Source: Actinomycetes bacterium (GTDB taxonomy: Bacteria > Actinomycetota > Acidimicrobiia > Acidimicrobiales > JAJZJN01). From it: a stretch of 24,000 bases of DNA. Of this stretch, positions 20,561 through 24,000 are shown piece by piece (within the stretch, counting starts at the first letter, position 1; each line of letters begins with the position of its first letter). Position numbers and translations under genes: made by a program. The stretch covers positions 7,638-31,637 of the forward strand of contig JAJZJN010000014.1 in the NCBI GenBank assembly GCA_021851165.1, read 5' to 3'. The notes under the pieces are model-generated. The model had not been told where the DNA came from and searched no databases. It saw nothing but the letters and a program-made list of their open reading frames with translations.

Positions 20561-21560
20561 CATGCGACAAGCGGCTTAGACGAGAGACGAGCAGCTCCAC
20601 GACGGCCTCGGGGGCAAGGGCCGTTGCACCTCGGATATCCACGTCTGCCTCGCCGAGCAGCACGATGGCCTGTCGCAGCCTTGAACGGCCGAGGCGCTTG
20701 GATTGATCCGTGGCCTTCCTCGCCACAAACGAGCTGCGTATGCCAAGAATGCCCGCGGCCTCCTCGCTGGAGACCGGCTCCTCGCCGTCCATGCGCAACA
20801 TTGCCTGATAATGACGATGCAGAACGCTCAGCACCGCCAGCGGGTGAAACCCAGCGGGGCCGAGAAGGCGTCTTAGGACAGCCAAGGAGCCAGCCGTATC
20901 ACCAGAGTCGATGGCATCGGTGAGATCCCAGGGAGCTAGAGCGCCCGCCTGCCCCAAGAACGGCTCCAGATCGGCCTCCGATATCCTGGCGCCGGCACCG
21001 TAGGCTGCTGTCAGGGTAGACATCACGCCGTCGAGTCTCGACATGTCCGACCCCAGGTGGGCTGCCAGGCGCCGGGAAGCTCTCGGATCCAGGTTGACCC
21101 CTGCGGTAGCTATGCGATCCCGGAACCAGGCATCACGAGCCCTGCCGGTGCCCACTACGGTATCGACAACGGCCCCCGATCGCTGCACGGTCTTTACCAA
21201 CGTTGCCGGCACCGTGCCCCCGCCTGAAGCTAGAACCAGCACAACCCCAGGAGAAGGATCTTCCAGCCACGGCAGCAGGCAGGCGACGTCCCCAGCCACC
21301 AGCCGACCCGCCTCCCGCAGGACCACCACCCTGCGATCTGTAATGAACGGCGGGGTGACCAGCGCATCCAGAAGCGCAGTCACGTCGACAGGATCGGACG
21401 ACGAGCCTCCATGCTCCTCGACGACGAGCGCGGGATCCCGGGCACCCACCAGCTCGGCAATCAGGCCTCGCACTGCCTCCCCTACCAGTGACGGGTCGTC
21501 GCCTTTGACCAGGTAGGCCGGGTGAACATCGCCCTCCTCAGCGCCACCGACACTGCTCAT
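20535..21560 (-). CDS. holA: DNA polymerase III subunit delta (HolA)
   Basis: Starting from the ATG at 21558-21560, the sequence reads MSSVGGAEEGDVHPAYLVKGDDPSLVGEAV..., followed by a clamp-loader delta-like fold pattern (VVVLREAG, LLPWLEDPSPGVVLVL, DLTDAI). It occupies the position beside rpsT, as in actinobacterial genomes. The assignment rests on weaker, family-level similarity. Confidence 0.75.
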   Translation of the reverse strand: MSSVGGAEEGDVHPAYLVKGDDPSLVGEAVRGLIAELVGARDPALVVEEHGGSSSDPVDVTALLDALVTPPFITDRRVVVLREAGRLVAGDVACLLPWLEDPSPGVVLVLASGGGTVPATLVKTVQRSGAVVDTVVGTGRARDAWFRDRIATAGVNLDPRASRRLAAHLGSDMSRLDGVMSTLTAAYGAGARISEADLEPFLGQAGALAPWDLTDAIDSGDTAGSLAVLRRLLGPAGFHPLAVLSVLHRHYQAMLRMDGEEPVSSEEAAGILGIRSSFVARKATDQSKRLGRSRLRQAIVLLGEADVDIRGATALAPEAVVELLVSRLSRLSHVRAASGGG

Positions 21561-21564
21561 CGGT

Positions 21565-22395
21565 TCATCGGGCTTGCAGGACGGCCTCAAGCGCGTCACG
21601 AACCCGCCGCGTACCGGCCACATCATGGACTCGCAGCAACCTGCATCCAAGCGATATCCCAATCGCCGCTGCAGCAGCCGATGCCTCCCGCCTGTGGTCT
21701 ATGTCCAAACCGAGCACCTCGCCCAGAAACCCTTTGTTGGACGCCGACAGCATCAATGGATAGCCAAGACCCGCCAGCTCCTCCGAGGCGCGCAGAAGAA
21801 CAAGTGACTGTTCAGGAGTCTTGCCAAGGTCGAGCCCCGCGTCTATCACTATCCTGCTCGCGGGTATCCCTGCCTCGACGGCTCGGTTCACCCTCTCGAG
21901 TAGGAAATCGCGCACATCGCCTACGACGTCGGTGTAGCGGGGATTGGGATCGGCGATACGTGGGGCCAGCCGGATATGGGTAGCGACAACCGCAGCGCCC
22001 ACCGCTGATGCCGCGGGGAGATAGCCGGGATCGGCGAACCCGCTGATGTCGTTACCCATAACTGCGCCCGCCATGTAAGACTCACGGGCCACCGATGCAC
22101 GCCACGTGTCGACTGACACCGGAACGTCGAAGCGCTCCTTGAGGGCCACGATCGCAGGTAGCACGCGTTCCATCTCTTCGGACTCGCTCACCTCCGGGCC
22201 AGGACCGGCTTTCACCCCACCCACATCGAGCATGTCCGCGCCGGCCTCGACAAGCTCAGCCGCACGATCCACCAGAAGCGGCAACGAGAACGTCGCTCCC
22301 TTGTCGAAGAAGGAGTCAGGAGTACGATTCAAGATTCCCATCACCAAGGCGCGCTCCGACAGATCGTAATGCCGGTCGCCCAGCTGCAGGTCCAT
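21565..22395 (-). CDS. folP: Dihydropteroate synthase family protein (FolP-like, possibly a FolP2-type paralogue)
   Basis: Pterin-binding DHPS motifs are present: MGILNRTPDSF, VSVDT, GNDISG, SASNKGF and LLRVHDV. The start is either the ATG at 22393-22395 (preferred) or the TTG at 22402-22404, which overlaps the upstream stop. Loop-2 reads DVGGVKAGPGP rather than the DVGGESTRPG I recall for E. coli DHPS. Confidence 0.8.
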   Translation of the reverse strand: MDLQLGDRHYDLSERALVMGILNRTPDSFFDKGATFSLPLLVDRAAELVEAGADMLDVGGVKAGPGPEVSESEEMERVLPAIVALKERFDVPVSVDTWRASVARESYMAGAVMGNDISGFADPGYLPAASAVGAAVVATHIRLAPRIADPNPRYTDVVGDVRDFLLERVNRAVEAGIPASRIVIDAGLDLGKTPEQSLVLLRASEELAGLGYPLMLSASNKGFLGEVLGLDIDHRREASAAAAAIGISLGCRLLRVHDVAGTRRVRDALEAVLQAR

Positions 22396-22400
22396 CTGCG

Positions 22401-23117
22401 TCAAAACAGCTTGGTCGCAAGCGCCCTGCGGTAGGTGGCACGCCTGGGATCGTCGGCACTCATCGTCTCCAGGATGTCGAGAAACTCCTGCCGGCTAGCC
22501 TCGTCCTGGCGAACCTTGCCGAGCAGGTCGTTCAAATGCTCGTCGAGGTTGCGGGGATCAACCTCGACGTTCTGAGACGCCAGGCGGGCCTCGGCGGCAA
22601 CCTGGCGAGATTCGGCTGTCTCGGGAATCCGGGTGAGCAGGTCGAGCGCGCCGGCAGGATCGCCCTGGTCAACCCGCAGGCGAGCCAGGGCCACAACCGC
22701 AGCCGGATGGTCGGACTGCATCTCGAGCGCCCTCAGCAGTGAGGCCTCGTCGCCTGCGGCGACTAGATCGTCTATCTCGCTGTTGACCGGAGATGCAAGC
22801 CGGCCCACGAACTCAGCCACGGCGGGCTCGCCGAGAGCCCCGACGAACCCGTCGACGACCTTGCCGCCTTTCACTGCATATACGGCCGGTATCGATTGAA
22901 CCTGGAAAGCTGCCGACACCTGGGGATTCTCGTCGACATTCACCTTCGCCAGCTCGACGGCGCCACCGGTAGCCTCGACCACTCTCTCGATGATGGGACC
23001 CAGAGTCCTACAGGGGCCGCACCATGGTGCCCAGAGATCGACGACCACGGGCACATGCTCGGATCGATCTAGCACATCACGCTGGAACGTGGAGTCGGTT
23101 GCCTCTATCACGGACAT
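22401..23117 (-). CDS. Thioredoxin-domain protein with a C-terminal TPR-like domain (YbbN/CnoX-like architecture)
   Basis: Starting from the ATG at 23115-23117, the sequence reads MSVIEATDSTFQRDVLDRSEHVPVVVDLWAPWCGPCRTLGPIIE, a Trx fold with an intact WCGPC. A helical region of about 130 aa with TPR-like repeats follows. The 267-aa track ORF is over-extended. Confidence 0.8.
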   Translation of the reverse strand: MSVIEATDSTFQRDVLDRSEHVPVVVDLWAPWCGPCRTLGPIIERVVEATGGAVELAKVNVDENPQVSAAFQVQSIPAVYAVKGGKVVDGFVGALGEPAVAEFVGRLASPVNSEIDDLVAAGDEASLLRALEMQSDHPAAVVALARLRVDQGDPAGALDLLTRIPETAESRQVAAEARLASQNVEVDPRNLDEHLNDLLGKVRQDEASRQEFLDILETMSADDPRRATYRRALATKLF

Positions 23118-23169
23118 GACCCTACCGGGAGTGCACACACCGTCGCGCGCCGGCTGTAGCGTGCAGTTG

Positions 23170-24000
23170 ATGGAGGCCACTGACACCACCGGCACCCCGG
23201 GCACACTCCGCCCAACCCGTCCTCAGCCGCCAGCGCCTGCGGGCATAGACGTCGAGACGATTACCCGCTGGCTGGTCGCACACATAGCCGGTGCCAACCC
23301 ACCGCTGGGCTTCGAGCTGATCGCCGGCGGCAGGTCAAACCTCACCTACAGGGTGACCGATGCAACCGGTCACTGCTGGGTGCTCAGACGGCCACCGATA
23401 AGCCACGTCCTGCCCACCGCACATGACATGACACGCGAGTACCGCGTGATCACCGCTCTTGCCCCGACGCCGGTACCGGTTCCTGAGACCCTGGGCCTCT
23501 GCACGGACACCTCGGTCACCGGCGCCCCGTTTTACCTGATGGAGTTCATCGACGGCCTGATAGTACGTGACGAGCAGACCGCCCTGACCTGGCTCGACGA
23601 GGGCGGGCGGCGAAGCGCGGGCGAGTCCCTTGCCGATACTCTCGCAGCACTCCACGCCGTGGACGTGGACAAGATCGGACTGGGGGACTTCGCAAAGCGA
23701 GAGGGGTACGTAGACCGCCAGCTGAGGCGATGGATACAGCAGTTCCGCTCGTCCGCGGAACCCGGCTCCCCCGTGGCGCGGGGTGTCGAGTCCGTGCATG
23801 ACAGGCTCGCGGCTTCGGTGCCCGTGCAGTCGTCGGTGGCTATCGTCCACGGCGATTACAGGCTCGACAATACCGTGCTTGCTCCGGATGGCTCCGTACG
23901 CGCCGTGCTCGACTGGGAGATCTGCACGCTCGGCGACCCTCTGGCCGATCTCGGGATGCTGATGGTCTACTGGGCCGAGCCAGGAGAGCGGGCTTCCCTG
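23170..24000 (+). CDS. Phosphotransferase-family protein (APH/choline-kinase fold, acyl-CoA-dehydrogenase-associated type), 5' partial (277 codons, continues beyond window end)
   Basis: The frame starting at the ATG at 23170 reads MEATDTTGTPG...IDVETITRWLVAHIAGANPPLGFELIAGGRSNLTYRVTD...WVLRRPPISHVLPTAHDMTREYRVITAL...GAPFYLMEFIDG...IVHGDYRLDNTVL...VLDWEICTLGDPLADLG. This covers the Brenner catalytic loop HGDxxxxN and a DWE motif. It is not in the track because no stop falls inside the window. Confidence 0.8.
   Translation, partial: MEATDTTGTPGTLRPTRPQPPAPAGIDVETITRWLVAHIAGANPPLGFELIAGGRSNLTYRVTDATGHCWVLRRPPISHVLPTAHDMTREYRVITALAPTPVPVPETLGLCTDTSVTGAPFYLMEFIDGLIVRDEQTALTWLDEGGRRSAGESLADTLAALHAVDVDKIGLGDFAKREGYVDRQLRRWIQQFRSSAEPGSPVARGVESVHDRLAASVPVQSSVAIVHGDYRLDNTVLAPDGSVRAVLDWEICTLGDPLADLGMLMVYWAEPGERASL

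Noticed and set aside
21565-22404. The DHPS gene as an acquired sulfonamide-resistance (sul) determinant, and the APH-family gene at 23170-24000 as an aminoglycoside-resistance gene.
   Set aside because: There is no integron, IS or plasmid context. The DHPS-like gene sits in a chromosomal operon with holA. The APH-fold protein has the GGRSNLTY...HGDYRLDN pattern of the acyl-CoA-dehydrogenase-associated kinases rather than motifs specific to resistance APHs. Neither resistance role can be inferred from the sequence.
1-24000. tRNA, rRNA or tmRNA genes, IS elements or transposase fragments anywhere in the window.
   Set aside because: All intergenic spacers are 172 bp or shorter. None shows tRNA-like T-arm/acceptor signatures or terminal inverted repeats, and no ORF translation resembles a transposase or integrase.

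Overview
This is a GC-rich window that is almost fully coding, with about 25 genes. Most are conserved housekeeping genes. The gene order resembles the actinobacterial lepA / hrcA-dnaJ-rsmE / phoH-ybeY-CBS-era / recO-uppS / glyS region as I remember it from Mycobacterium and Streptomyces genomes.

Minus-strand genes, from high to low coordinates:
- Trx-TPR, folP-like and holA
- lepA
- hrcA, dnaJ and rsmE
- a BldD-like regulator
- a small Xis/MerR-type HTH, then HIT, phoH, ybeY, a DUF21-CBS protein and era
- uppS, a 54-aa membrane micro-ORF, recO, hemW and glyQS
- the 5' end of ppdK

Plus-strand genes:
- nfeD, an SPFH protein and dinG
- rpsT
- a PLDc_N/DUF2510 membrane protein
- the 5' part of an APH-family phosphotransferase

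Many ORFs in the supplied track are over-extended at the N-terminus or are antisense artefacts of the high GC content. I re-set starts from homology, SD motifs and 4-nt start/stop overlaps.

I found no rRNA, tRNA, CRISPR array, transposase, integrase or recognisable defence system. I cannot support a claim that a novel multi-gene system is present.

The items most worth a second look are:
1. A BldD-like regulator that keeps the RXD-X8-RXXD c-di-GMP signature. It sits beside a domain-only Xis/MerR HTH that heads the HIT-phoH-ybeY-era operon.
2. Four tandem repeats with periods that are multiples of 3 (24, 18, 24 and 21 bp). These include a hexapeptide repeat inside DinG and a phased hairpin array in the convergent DUF2510/holA junction.
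3. A two-TM micro-ORF that exactly bridges uppS and recO.
4. A half-degenerate CIRCE operator in front of hrcA.
5. A FolP2-like DHPS paralogue located outside any folate operon.

All family assignments come from reading the translations by eye against remembered family signatures. They need confirmation by BLAST or HMMER.
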